Below are positions 12,143 through 23,271 of a stretch of 64,000 nt of DNA, one piece after another. Each line of letters starts with the position of its first letter. The stretch's first letter is position 1. A program made the translations under genes and the position numbers. The notes under the pieces were generated by a model. It was given only the letters and a program-made list of their open reading frames with translations. It had not been told where the DNA came from and did no database searches. The DNA is from Squalus acanthias (Eukaryota): contig CM059430.1 of assembly GCA_030390025.1 (NCBI GenBank), positions 99,758,001-99,822,000 of the forward strand, written 5' to 3'.

Positions 12143-12370
12143 AACATGTCCTGGCCAATATTTATCCCTCAACCAACATCACTAAAAAAAAAACAGATTA
12201 TCTGGTCATTTTCTCATTGCTGTTTGTGGGACCTTGCTGTGTGCAAATTGACTGCTGTGTTTCCTACATTACAACAGTGACTACACTCCAAAAGTACTTC
12301 ATTGGCTGCAAAGCGCTTTGGGATGTCCTGAGGTCATGAAAGGCGCTCTATGAATGGAAGTTCTTTCTTT
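12143..12370 (+). mobile_element. Deu-domain SINE, 3' half
   Basis: TGTCCTGGCCAATATTTATCCCTCAACC..AAAGGCGCTCTATGAATGGAAGTTCTTTCTTT. Confidence 0.88.
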
Positions 12371-13619
12371 TAAAGTACGAGCGTGCGAGCTCGGAACTGG
12401 CACTGAGCCGGGCCAGTGCACCTAACAAATATGACACAACTTCTGTGTCAGAATGCTAGCACACAGATGCACTCCCTGGCCCAGTGCACTTACAAGGCTA
12501 TTGTGGCAGGTGGCAATACTGGGTGCAGATTCATAGACCCAAGTATAGAGGGGCCATTGCTGAGGCCTGAATAGAGGGCGGTCAGTTTATAGTTGGCAGA
12601 TCCATCGACCCCCCCATGAGACCCACACGTGCTGAATCAGTAATGTAAAAAATGCCTTTAGAAAGAGCAATCCAGTCTGGTGTGTGAAGTTATTGAATTC
12701 TTTGGAACTCTAGCTTTGTACATGAAAGGTAATGAATTGCTTGTATTGTTGGTCACTAATTGAAAGAGTTTTAAAAAAGACAAGAAGTGACATGATTGCA
12801 GTAATTGATGTGTGTGCGGTCTGTAGAAGGAGGAAACGATTCAAAAGCCTTCATTTCACTGTTGCCCTGCGTTGTAAAGTACGGCCTGAACACTGCAGGC
12901 CAGGTGTGTCTTTCATTAGGTTTTAGTACACAGTAAGTGTGAAATGAGAGGAGACTCTGCTTTTGTAAAAGTACAACTGTAGCTCTGCAGCAGCAGTGGA
13001 TTTGTATTACTTTTGGTGCACTGAAATGGTGGATTGGCATTGCTGGCAAATGGAACAGTTTGTGACTTTTGCATATTAATGCAAGTAGGAAAGGAATTTC
13101 TCACTACTGGGTGAGGTCGAATCACATTGTTTAACAATGGCCTGAAAATTACCCCTAGCGGTTCCCTTTCGGACAGCTGATTGTTATGCCCCATTTAGAC
13201 TGCTTTCTTGGATTTAGTCCATGCTGAAGTGAGGTCTAGCTCGGCTTGGTTGAAAATGCTCGACTTTGTTGATGCGGGTCAATGTGGGGGAAGGTGGGTG
13301 GAGGGGTGGGTACAGAAATAACTGCTAACGGTGCAGAGAACCATCGGCTACCACGTCATTGACGGAACAGAGCACTGCCACAAAATGCTCCCTTTATCGC
13401 GTACCCGTGCCAGCTGCTTCGCACGCGGGAGGTGTGCAGCCGGCAATCGACACACAGTCCTCCCTCTGTGGGCTGCACTCCTCAGTGTGAACTGTCACTG
13501 AGTTCTGTCTTTCTATTCCAGGGGAGTAAACACAGGCCGCTGGTCTCACACATTTACACAGTGGTGCCCAACATGGCTATGGGGATGGGCTCGCAATGGT
13601 ATATATAAAAGAGGTAGTG

Positions 13620-14278
13620 TGGCACTCTGAAGGGAGCATGGTACATACTAGGGAGCATGGTACACACTAGGGAGCATGGTACACCGAAGGTAGCGTGACA
13701 CACTGAAGGTAGCGTTGCACTCAGTAGAGAGCATGGCACACTGAAGGTAGCATGGCACACTGAAGGTAGCATGGCACTCGGTAGGGAGCATGGCACTCTG
13801 AAGGGAGCGTGGCATTCCGAAGGGAGCATGGCACACTGAAGGTAGCATGGCACACTGAAGGGAGCATGGCACACTGAAGGTAGCATGGCACACTGAAGGG
13901 AGCATGACACACTGAAGGGAGCATGACACACTGAAGGTAGCATGGCACACTGAAGGGAGCGTGGCACACTGAAGGTAGCATGGCACACTGAAGGGAGCAT
14001 GACCCACTGAAGGTAGCATGGCACACTGAAGGTAGCATGACACACTGAAGGGAGCGTGGCACACTGAAGGTAGCATGGCACTCTGAAGGGAGCATGACAC
14101 ACTGAAGGGAGCGTGGCATTCCGAAGGGAGCATGGCATTCTGAAGGGAGCATGGCACTCCGAAGGGAGCATGGCATTCTGAAGGGAGCATGGCACACAGT
14201 AGGGAGCATGGCATTCCGAGGGGAGCATGGCACTCTGAAGGGAGCATGGCACTCCGAAGGGAGCATGGCATTCCGAAG
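13620..14278. repeat. 19-bp minisatellite, about 35 units (GCATGGCACACTGAAGG[G/T]A)
   Basis: Directly visible tandem array with variant units. Confidence 0.95.
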
Positions 14279-15364
14279 ACTGCTCTCCCGCAACATGATC
14301 CAAAAAAATGGTAGTTTAAAAGCGGCAAATAACTTACAGGTGCAAGTTCTTGGCCCACTTCAGGATAGGCCAAGCAGTACTAAACTGGCACACAATAGGC
14401 CACTTGTAGGAACCAGTATAAATGCAAAAGCAGACACCATTAAGACACAAAGTGAAAACAAGAGTTTTGGAGGTGCATCTTCAGTCTTTATCATTGAGAC
14501 ATAAACTAGATTGAACCCATCCATCATACTGGTGTACAATAACTACAGGGGAAAAGGTCACAATTCCTGTTCTGAACAGGGGTAATAAAGACTCTTTTAA
14601 ACCGCATTACTCCTCAAGTCACTAAAACGTGAAGTATTCTGGCATTTTACACTGTGCAGTTGTAATTTTCTATAAAGATCAACAAAGAAAGGATCATTTC
14701 TGAGTGTATGTGTAGAACACATTTTAGCCGATGAAGAAGATGACTCCTTGTGTTGAACTTAAACTTTCCATTTAATTTAATAATAACAGAATGTTGAAGA
14801 GCAGGTAATGCTATGTTATACGTTGAGCAAAAAGGGATGTGTGGTAAAATTATAGATCTGTTGTATATCGCTCTTCACCTGTCTGTGCGAATGATAATTA
14901 TAGGATCTCGTCTGAAAATACTGATTGCTCCCAATATGTTTATCTGAAAAAACTTTTTCTGTTTTGTACTGCATGTATCCAGAGCAAACCTATTAGCCTG
15001 ACAATAATGACTCACTTAGATTAACCTTTTTATGATGATTATGCTACAATTATCGGGGCAGCTGCATTAACAACCTTTTTTTTTGAAAGAAAAGGCATGT
15101 GACGTATTTAATAACTAGTCATTAAAATGGTTTGACCTGATTTTCAGGGTAGCTGCATAAAGTGAAATAACACCGAGATAATTTACCTTTTCAAAGGCAT
15201 GGAACCAGTTAGTTGACATTTCACTCCAGATACAGCACTCGTTGGTGGATATAGAATTTATATAATTCATGTCATGGAGCTGGCCACATAGATGAGGGAT
15301 ACACTGACCCAACAACTGCTTCTCGAGCTCTTAAGTGAGAGGAATATTTTGCGAGTTGCATGTG

Positions 15365-15485
15365 ACGCTCCTTACAACCTATCTCTTTGACCGATCTTCT
15401 GGTCACCTCTCCTAATTATGCTGCTGTGAAGCGTCTTGGGACGTTTTATTACGTTAAAGGCGTTAGATCAATTAAAGTTGTTGTA
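15365..15485 (+). mobile_element. L2 LINE 3' fragment
   Basis: GACGCTCCTTACAACCTATCTCTTTGACC..GTGAAGCGTCTTGGGACGTTTTATTACGTTAAAGGCG..GTTGTTG. Confidence 0.7.
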
Positions 15486-15754
15486 GTACGACTGGGTTCC
15501 TGTCATGTGTCCCGTAATTCGCCAGCACTTGAGGCATGGAGTGAATTATAAGGTCTTTGTCCCCTTGTTATAGGAGCTCAGTGAAAGACCGCTACTGGGG
15601 AAATCGTTTACTTAGACATGAATTTCTGCTTGAATATGGAAAAATATAGTAGGCTTTTCTTTTTTTTAAAAACATGGAAGCGTAAGCTGATCAGCATGAA
15701 CAAGAAGGGCATGAAAAAAGATCATAAAAGACGAAGCTTTAGAAAGACCATATG

Positions 15755-16502
15755 GGGCCGGACATTCCGACCCCCACGGGTGCGTACGAGGTGTGTACGC
15801 ACTCGTAGGGGCCCCGCAAGTGCCGGTTTCAGGCATGCGAAGCGCATGCGCTAAAACCCGGCACTTCCGATCTGTCAAGGATTCTCTTGACAGATCATCC
15901 GCCTGCCCGGGAGAAGGGCCTCCGCAGGGGGAGAGTTCCGCTTTCTGCAGAACCTCCGCCCGCTGAAAACCGTAAAAAATTTTACGCCTGCTTTTAACAG
16001 CATAAGAGTTTAAAAAAATTAAAATATATATTTTTTCTCCACTCATTTATAATTTAAAAATACTTTTAAAAAAGGTAAGTTTATTTTTAGCCCCGTAAAA
16101 AACTTTAATTATTTTTTTCTAAAAATTACATTTTTGTTTAAAATATTTAATTTAATGTAATTTTAACTAATTTTAAATACGTGATTTAAAAAAAAATGTA
16201 TTTAACGTTTAACTTTTTTTTAAGCGATCCCCATTCATACTTTTGACAGATCGGTGCGGAGAGACCTGTCAAAATTGTGCTGGGGGATTCCCTTCTTTGA
16301 TTGGTTCCCCATGGACCACGTGATCCCAGGGACGTTTGCGAACCGCGTGCGCCCCTGGGATACCTGGGCCTCTGCGCATTTCGTAGAGCAGAGGCCCAGG
16401 ATCGGACGTCTCGGGACCTACGGAACCAGCAGGTAAGTGCGTAGATTTTTCCCGATCGGAGGCATCCGCCTGCAGGAAGCCTCCGATCGGAAATTCAGGG
16501 CC
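15755..16502 (+). mobile_element. Non-autonomous DNA transposon (PIF/Harbinger-like MITE), copy 1
   Basis: Imperfect 16-bp TIRs (GGGCCGGACATTCCGA / TCGGAAATTCAGGGCC), 3-bp TSD ATG (15752-15754, 16503-16505), GC-rich ends with an AT-rich core; homologous to 54519-55023. Confidence 0.8.
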
Positions 16503-17130
16503 ATGTTTGCTTCACACCATCACCGACTCCTGCCAACCTGGAACACTTAAGGCTTCATACAGATTGAGCCAAAGATTTGGGATGTCTTAATAGTCTAATT
16601 TTATAATGGCAGTGCTGGGGATGGAGGTGCTCAGTGTTGAGCGAGTGTCCGCTACAGAAATGTGTAGCATAGTTTCCATAGCAGTGAAATCCTGGTGTTG
16701 CGGGAAGGTGAAAATAACCACAAATGGGTGTTTAATAAAATTAATATTTTTTCTTTAGGGAACTCTCCAATCTTTTGTAAAAATTGTTATGTCAGTCGAT
16801 GTTGATAATTAGAGCAAGTTCTTTAATCAGGTGTCCTTGAATCATTTGTTGAGCCAGACAATACAATAAGGAGAATAGGCCACAGCTCAGATGCAATATG
16901 CATGGAATTACATCAATCTGCTCTGTATTACATACGTGTCAGTGCACTTCAAGAGAACAGAATTTAGTCGTTAAGAGTTTTGTGCTGCGCTACATATCCA
17001 TTGGGTTTCATGTTTTTATCAGGTTTTGTGGAATTGTGATTTTTAAGGTGCTTTTACAACACAGTGTAGCTGAGGGCAGATGTTTTTCTCCCTCCATTGG
17101 CCTCCCTGCATAGCGCAAACGGACCCAGGT

Positions 17131-17190
17131 TAGAATCATAGAATGGTTACAGCACAGAAGGAGGCCATTCGGCCCGTCGAGCCCGTTCCA
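17131..17190 (-). mobile_element. CR1 LINE extreme 3' end
   Basis: TAGAATCATAGAATGGTTACAGCACAGAAGGAGGCCATTCGGCCC. Confidence 0.7.
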
Positions 17191-17512
17191 GGAACCAACC
17201 AGGGAAATGTGGGTCTCTGATTGTGCCGGTGGGTTACAGCAGTCAGTTTCAGTAATGGGAGACATGGGGAGCTGGTGATACATGTTTTGTTGTCTGGGTA
17301 CCACCGGACTCAGAGCAGAGCCGAATGCCAGACTCCCACAGAGGCTGCTCCCCTGAAACGGGGCGCTTCGCTTAATCACAGAGCAAAAGTGGATCAGATG
17401 ATATCTGAAAGGGATAGTGCTGTTCAGTAGGCTCATTTGGAAGACAGTTACCAGAAGAGAGTGTGCATTGAAGCAAAGAGTAGAGGCAGCAGTGTCAGTG
17501 TGTCACTAGTTG

Positions 17513-18291
17513 TTCATCCCTGCGATCTACCTCATCTTTCACAAAACTGTGTTGTTCTAGTTAGTTCTACATTGAAAATGGCAATTTGGCATCAAAGTTA
17601 CGTGTCCAGTTGTAACGAAAATGGTGTAAAGCAGTTCATAAAAGTGAAGCTACAGCAGCTAGCACGTCTGACACAGCGCAAACAAAGCAACAGCACCATT
17701 GGGAATTCTGAGCCGGTGGATCCAAGCCTTTCAAGGAACTGCATCCAATCAGAAACATGAGTGGGACAATATCAACCCATCAATTAAAATGGGGAGATTC
17801 TTCTGTCTGGGGAAGAATTAATTTACAATGGCACCTGCCTAAATATCCCCGATAGGTTTTAAAATTGCAGAAAGTACTGATTGTCAGGTATATGTCAACT
17901 TTCGAGACCTGTATTACACCATTTCGAGACCTGTATTACACCATTTCGAGACCTGTATTACACCATTTCGAGACCTGTATTACACCATTTCGAGACCTGT
18001 ATTACACCATTTCGAGACCTGTATTACACCATTTCGAGACCTGTATTACACCATTTCGAGACTGTATTACACCATTTCGAGACTGTATTAGACTATTTCA
18101 AGACCTGTATTGCACCATTTCGAGACCTGTATTAGACTATTTCAAGACCTGTATTACACCATTTCGAGACTGTATTACACCATTTTTGCTACAACTGGAC
18201 ATGTAACTTCGATGCGAAATTGCCATTTTCAATGTGGAACTGACTAGATCAACACAGTTTTGTGAGAGATGAGGTAGATCACAGGGATGAA
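17513..18291. mobile_element. Non-autonomous element with ~115-bp terminal inverted repeats
   Basis: 17513-17629 is the inverted copy of 18174-18291; both strands translate to HPCDLPHLSQNCV.LVSSTLKMAI in the ORF track. TSD not resolved. Confidence 0.85.
17899..18185. repeat. 22-bp minisatellite, about 13 units (TTTCGAGACCTGTATTACACCA)
   Basis: Tandem array; the first ~7 units are identical, later units include 21-bp and substituted variants. Confidence 0.95.
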
Positions 18292-19029
18292 AAAGCAATA
18301 ACAATAACATTAGAAAGTGATTCATTTAAAACGCTGATGTTATGAAGTTAAGCCCTGGATCAGAGATAATCTTAGCCTGTCTGTCTGTATTTTTTGCATT
18401 CACCTGACTTGAAAGCCCACAGGCCATTACAAGTTGATTGGCATCAAATTCTAATTCCATTAAGAACTCTGGGATATTTGTAGTCCCTTTGGTCTGTACA
18501 TTAGTGATTTGAGCTACTTTAGTCAGGAGAGGTTAAAGTGACTGTTGGATTGTGCTATCCAGTGCATCCAATATCTAGTTTCTAACATTAATTCACTTTT
18601 TATCATTTTATCTACCCAGTAAATTTTCTACCTACCTGGTTGCTCCATCGGGAAAATAAATGAGCAGTCTTTTTTGTCACAGGATGACCATGTCACAGTG
18701 CATTGCTGTTTTTAAAACGGTGCCTTCTTTCTTTCCACAAAGTACACAGAAAATTCGTCCTGTTAAATCAATAGAAAGGAACTGAGTGCCTGTTGTTACC
18801 AAGTGATGATTCCGTACCCCTGGCTGAAACTAGAAACAGCAACACGGAGAGCCTTTTAAAAAGTGAAATTGTACCGTGGGACACTGGGTCCGAACACTTA
18901 ATATATCCACGTGAAATTCCTCTCCCCGCTAGTTTAGGCATTACCTCATTTATTTTGAATGGGTTAATGACTTACCTAAAATAGAGGAGAGGGGAATTAC
19001 AAATGAAAGGTGAGACAATGTAGTTAGAA

Positions 19030-19365
19030 ACAGACCGTTTCCAATGATTGAAGGGTTTAGAATGAGGGGAAATAGATATAAGATTAAATATAAGAGATTT
19101 AGGACAGAGAGCAGGAGAAAGCTATTTTACACAGAGGGTTTATGAGGTTGTAAAATGCACTAGCAGAGTTTGTGATTGAAGCAGAGACCATGTCATCATT
19201 TAAGAATAGGTTAGATAGATGATTGAAGGAAAAATGAGATATAGGGTAAAGGGAACAGAGCAGGGGCATGGTACTAGGACTACTGCTTGTGTGAAGGATG
19301 AACACCAACACGGACTGGTTGGGCCGAACCGCCTGTTTCTGTGTTGTAATGTCTATGTAATTCTC
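19030..19365 (+). mobile_element. CR1 LINE 3' fragment
   Basis: ..TTTTACACAGAGGGTT..ATTTAAGAATAGGTTAGATAGAT..GGGCCGAACCGCCTGTTTCTGTGTTGTAATGTCTATGTAATTCT. Confidence 0.75.
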
Positions 19366-20176
19366 TGTAGCTCTTTGTGTTGTGCATTACAGCTAGCAAA
19401 CAGTCCACTTTTTAAGGTTTGAAATACTGTACCATCATACAGTAATGAAAAGAACTGACTTGTCAATCATTAGAAATCTCACTGGATACTATAAGCCGGT
19501 AATCAGGGCTCTGTGCTCCTGTTGTAATGTGGGGACTCTGCATTCCCCACACACAACAAAGCAACGGGGCAGTATAACCATGGCTCCCATTCAAATCAGT
19601 ATTGTAACTGCGGTCAATAATGCACTGGTTAGGGCAGGACAGCTGAGGCATAAGCTGCTCGGAGACAACGGTTTTCTTTCATTGAGTACACAAATGGTTG
19701 ATTACTGCACATATTGATTTTCCAATTGTAGTCAGCAGGCACTGTGGCCTAATGATCTCCTTTTCTAAAAACGAAGAACAAAACACTTTTGGTGAAACGG
19801 GTTTGAATTCCTGATGCCTCCATTTTGTTTGAAGTGGTCGCATCATCCTGAAAAGCTGTCCCTTGAACTTTTTTCTCCTTTGTTTGACATCAAATGCACG
19901 CTGTTTGCAGGTGAATTTGTCACGAGGAAATTTCACCCGCACGGCCTCTTTTGGCTTTTCTTCCTCGCCGAAAGAAACGGGGCTGACCGCCATGAACAGA
20001 AAAGCCTTTTAAGTCTTTATTACCACTTTTACTCATTACAAACGCAGAGACAAATAGTGTTCTGCAGAGTCACACAGCAGGGGCAAAGGCAAAAACCTGA
20101 GAAACATTCATTGACAGTGAAAAGCCTCCTGCCTTGGTACAGTTTCAGACATTTAATAACCGGTTGTCATTTTTTA

Positions 20177-20280
20177 AGAAAGGACTTGCATTCATAGAGC
20201 CCCTTTAACAAGCTCAGGACGTCCCAAAGCACTTTACAAGCAATTAAGTACTTTTGAAGTGTAGTCACTGTTGTAATGTC
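20177..20280 (-). mobile_element. Deu-domain SINE tail fragment
   Basis: AAGGACTTGCATTCATAGAGC..CAGGACGTCCCAAAGCACTTTAC..GAAGTGTAGTCACTGTTGTAATG. Confidence 0.75.
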
Positions 20281-21477
20281 GTAAATAAGTTCAATGTTAA
20301 AAATAAGTGACCTATTTTTAAAAAAAATCCCGTGGAAATTCCCCAAATATAATCCATAAATGACAGTGTGTGATATGAGCAGATGAAGGTTTCACAAGTT
20401 CGTCCAACATTCCTCTATGTGAATGGAGGAGTTAATCTGCTCAAGATAAATAGCTAGCATTATAGGTGGGAAAAATCCTCAGTTTTCTTACCACTTGGAT
20501 AAGTAAAGCTCGTAAGTAGTAGTTTGTCCCACTTTCAACAGATGTTTCTGGATCACTCGCAAATGGGAAATTTTCAGGCTTGCAAAAGTGCCTTTTACAG
20601 ACGATAAATCTTTCAGTTTTATAGAAGGTTTAAATAGCTTATCCGAAAGCCTGTGCTGAAATCGCATAATACACATACATCAGAAAGGTTACACTGCCTT
20701 AGAGGATTCATTCCAAAATACCTAGAATTTGTTAAAAAATATATAATCCATAGTTTTTCTTAATGTAGTCATATAGAGCAATTTTACAATTGTATTTGAT
20801 TTTACATCATCGCTTGTCAAAATATGCCAGAGGCTCTCTAGTTTTCTTTCTTCATGGGAGACCATTAATAATTTCACATCCATATTATGCTGAACACTGG
20901 CCCAAGTATTCTACGGGTCAACGACTTCTAGACACACCAATGTGCAGTTGTGCAGTGACAGAAAAATGACCACCCTCCGCACCCCCCCACCCTCCCCCCA
21001 GCCCCTGTCCTCCCCAATTGAATAACCAGGAGATTTCCATAGGAAAATCCACACTGTCTAGCTCATACCAGCAGCTATAATATTAGAGCAACAACAAAAG
21101 GTAGGTATACAGTAGAGCAGTTAAGCGGAGATTTGTAAACTCATATGTTCCCCCTGCAGGGCACAATTTTCCCTGTTGTGAAGGTGATGGATTTGCGATG
21201 AGCAAGTAAAGCTGCCGGCAAGTCTCCTTTCACCCAAAATCTGAGTGTTGTCCTTAATTGCAGCAGGAACAGCGAGTGTAAATATGGTAATGCCTCCTGA
21301 GCCAACTTTCCATTCTCTCCCTTTCAAGTCTTGCTGAGAACTGGAAACCCAGAAGAAGCTGGGAGGTAATTCCACCAAGGTGGCAAACGGGACCATTTGA
21401 GATTTTTGTATTTGTGGAATATCTGGCATGCCTGGCTGGAATCAAACCCCACTGAGACACATTCCTACTGCAGGAAC

Positions 21478-21785
21478 CAACAACACCAACAATTTGCATT
21501 TATATAGCGCCTTTAACGTAGTAAAACATCCCAAGGCGCTTCAGAGGCACGCTATCAGACAAAATTTGACACCGTGCCACGTAAGGAGATATTAGGACAG
21601 GTGACCAAAAGCTTAGTCAAAGAGATAGGTTTTAAGGAGCATCTTAAAGGAGGAGAGAGTCAGAGTAGTTTAGGGAGGGAGTTCTAGAGGCTCAAAGCCT
21701 GGGCAGCTGAAGGCACGGCCACCAATGTTGGAGCAGAGAAAATCGGTGCGGCACACGGGGCCAGAATTGAACTCAAGGAAACAAA
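21478..21785 (-). mobile_element. L2 LINE 3' fragment
   Basis: CAACAACACCAACAATTTGCATTTATATAGCGCCTTTAACGTAG..GACAGGTGACCAAAAGCTT; same family as 58665-59501. Confidence 0.85.
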
Positions 21786-22429
21786 GAGTTTTTTTTATCT
21801 CTGTGGCAGAGATAAGGCTAGGTTCTGTCTGACTGTGTCTCTGCCAGTGACAGAACATAACAAAACAAGGGATATACTAGGTGGCACATAAGCAGTTCTT
21901 TTTCCGAGCAGCTTGTCCCTTCCCCCAACTCCTGGGGTAGCAACATTTTCACTATCACTATTACATTCTAAGTGAAAAATGATTTTGCCTTTGGCAGTAA
22001 TATCACTATCCTCAATGAGAATAAATTTAATTTGCTAATTATACTGTGCCAAATGGTGCAGTAACGACCGCATTTTGAAAAGTGACACAAGCATAGAGTC
22101 GGAGTTTTGTTGAACCACTTGCCACCCTGTTGAACGTTAAGCGAAAGAAGGCAGGGCTCTGTTTGGTCACACACATGGATGGCTGCTTGCTGGCCTATGA
22201 TTGCTGATGAGATTGGTAATGATTGAAAGAGGCTGATAGGACAGTCAGCTCTTTTCATCAGTCAATAGAAATTGCATGTTTGTACAGCAAATTCCCCAAG
22301 AGTTGATGTTAAATTTTCAAAAAGTGAGGTTTACAAAGTAGAAACTGTTGGCCGTATTCTTCACTACATCTAGTTAGTTGTGAAGACTACATTTTACCAG
22401 CTGAAGAATATTGTCCACTTATGTCCTAT

Positions 22430-22990
22430 CTGTCTTCCTCCACCACTGTAACCCTAATTTATACCTTCATCACATTGAGGATTAATGTTTTCCTCACCAG
22501 CCTCTGCTTCTCCACTCTTCACAAATGTCACCTAATCTGAAACACCAAAGCCCGTAACCTCTTGTACTAGATGGCCCACTCCCATTATTCTTGTCCTTGC
22601 CAAAGTCTAGTAGCTCCCTCTCCTTCAGCATATCAGTTTCAAGGTTCTACCCATTATTTTCAAATCCTATGGTCTTGCCTTTTTTTACCTGAGTAATGTC
22701 CTCCAACAGCGCACTCTCCGCTGCTTCGACTCAGGCTCGTCTCCCACTGCTTTCACTCCACCATTGGTGGGGTTCACTTACTATATCCCTGCCCTTTAAA
22801 AGTCTCCTTCTAAACCCTCCATGGTTCCCCTTCTCTCAGTGTTTCAAGAGCCTCTTAAAAGCTTGACCCTTCAACCGCATGTTTTGTGCCCTTCCCAACT
22901 CCAAGTACTTCAATCGCTACCCAGTGTCCCCTTTCTCCTCGTTAAGAAGTTTGAGACATTTTGTCACCTGAGGTTCTATAGAAATGTATC
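22430..22990 (+). mobile_element. Old L2-like LINE 3' fragment
   Basis: Degenerate ORF2 C-terminal region (CCCTAATTTATACCTTCATCAC..TTTCAAGGTTCTA..TTTTCAAATCC..CTTAAAA) ending in a tail-like CTATAGAAATG. Confidence 0.5.
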
Positions 22991-22995
22991 ACTAG

Positions 22996-23271
22996 TAAGT
23001 TGCCAACTCTGGTTGAAAGTATTCCTGGAGGTTTCATCACTTGACCTCCCGCACCCAACAATTCCCCTCCCCCCAGTCAAACGGCCTCTTTTCCCCACTT
23101 CTAATATTTTTATAAATAATAAACAAAAGTGTTCAAAGAAAGTGGGGGAAAAAAACACAATTTTTTTAATGTTCCAATGATTTTTCACCTAGGTTGCTCG
23201 CAGCAATGTCCAGGAGATGAATCATTAATTCCTAGAGACTCCAGGACAATTCTGGAGGGTTGGTAACCGTA
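22996..23271 (+). mobile_element. hAT-type MITE, copy 1
   Basis: TIRs TAAGTTGCCAACTCT / GAGGGTTGGTAACCGTA; 8-bp TSD ATCACTAG (22988-22995) / GTCACTAG (23272-23279); homologous to 37554-37886. Confidence 0.8.

Noticed and set aside
13554-14504. Cys/Pro-rich repetitive proteins in all three minus frames
   Set aside because: A 19-bp unit without stops on one strand opens all three frames; no evidence of coding.
16300-16322. ER-stress element (ERSE/ERSE-II) in the MITE
   Set aside because: Orientation and spacing (ATTGG-N11-CCACG) fit neither CCAAT-N9-CCACG nor ATTGG-N-CCACG.
17899-18185. CRISPR-like array (also considered for 13620-14278)
   Set aside because: Head-to-tail repeats with no unique spacers, no cas genes, and a vertebrate context.
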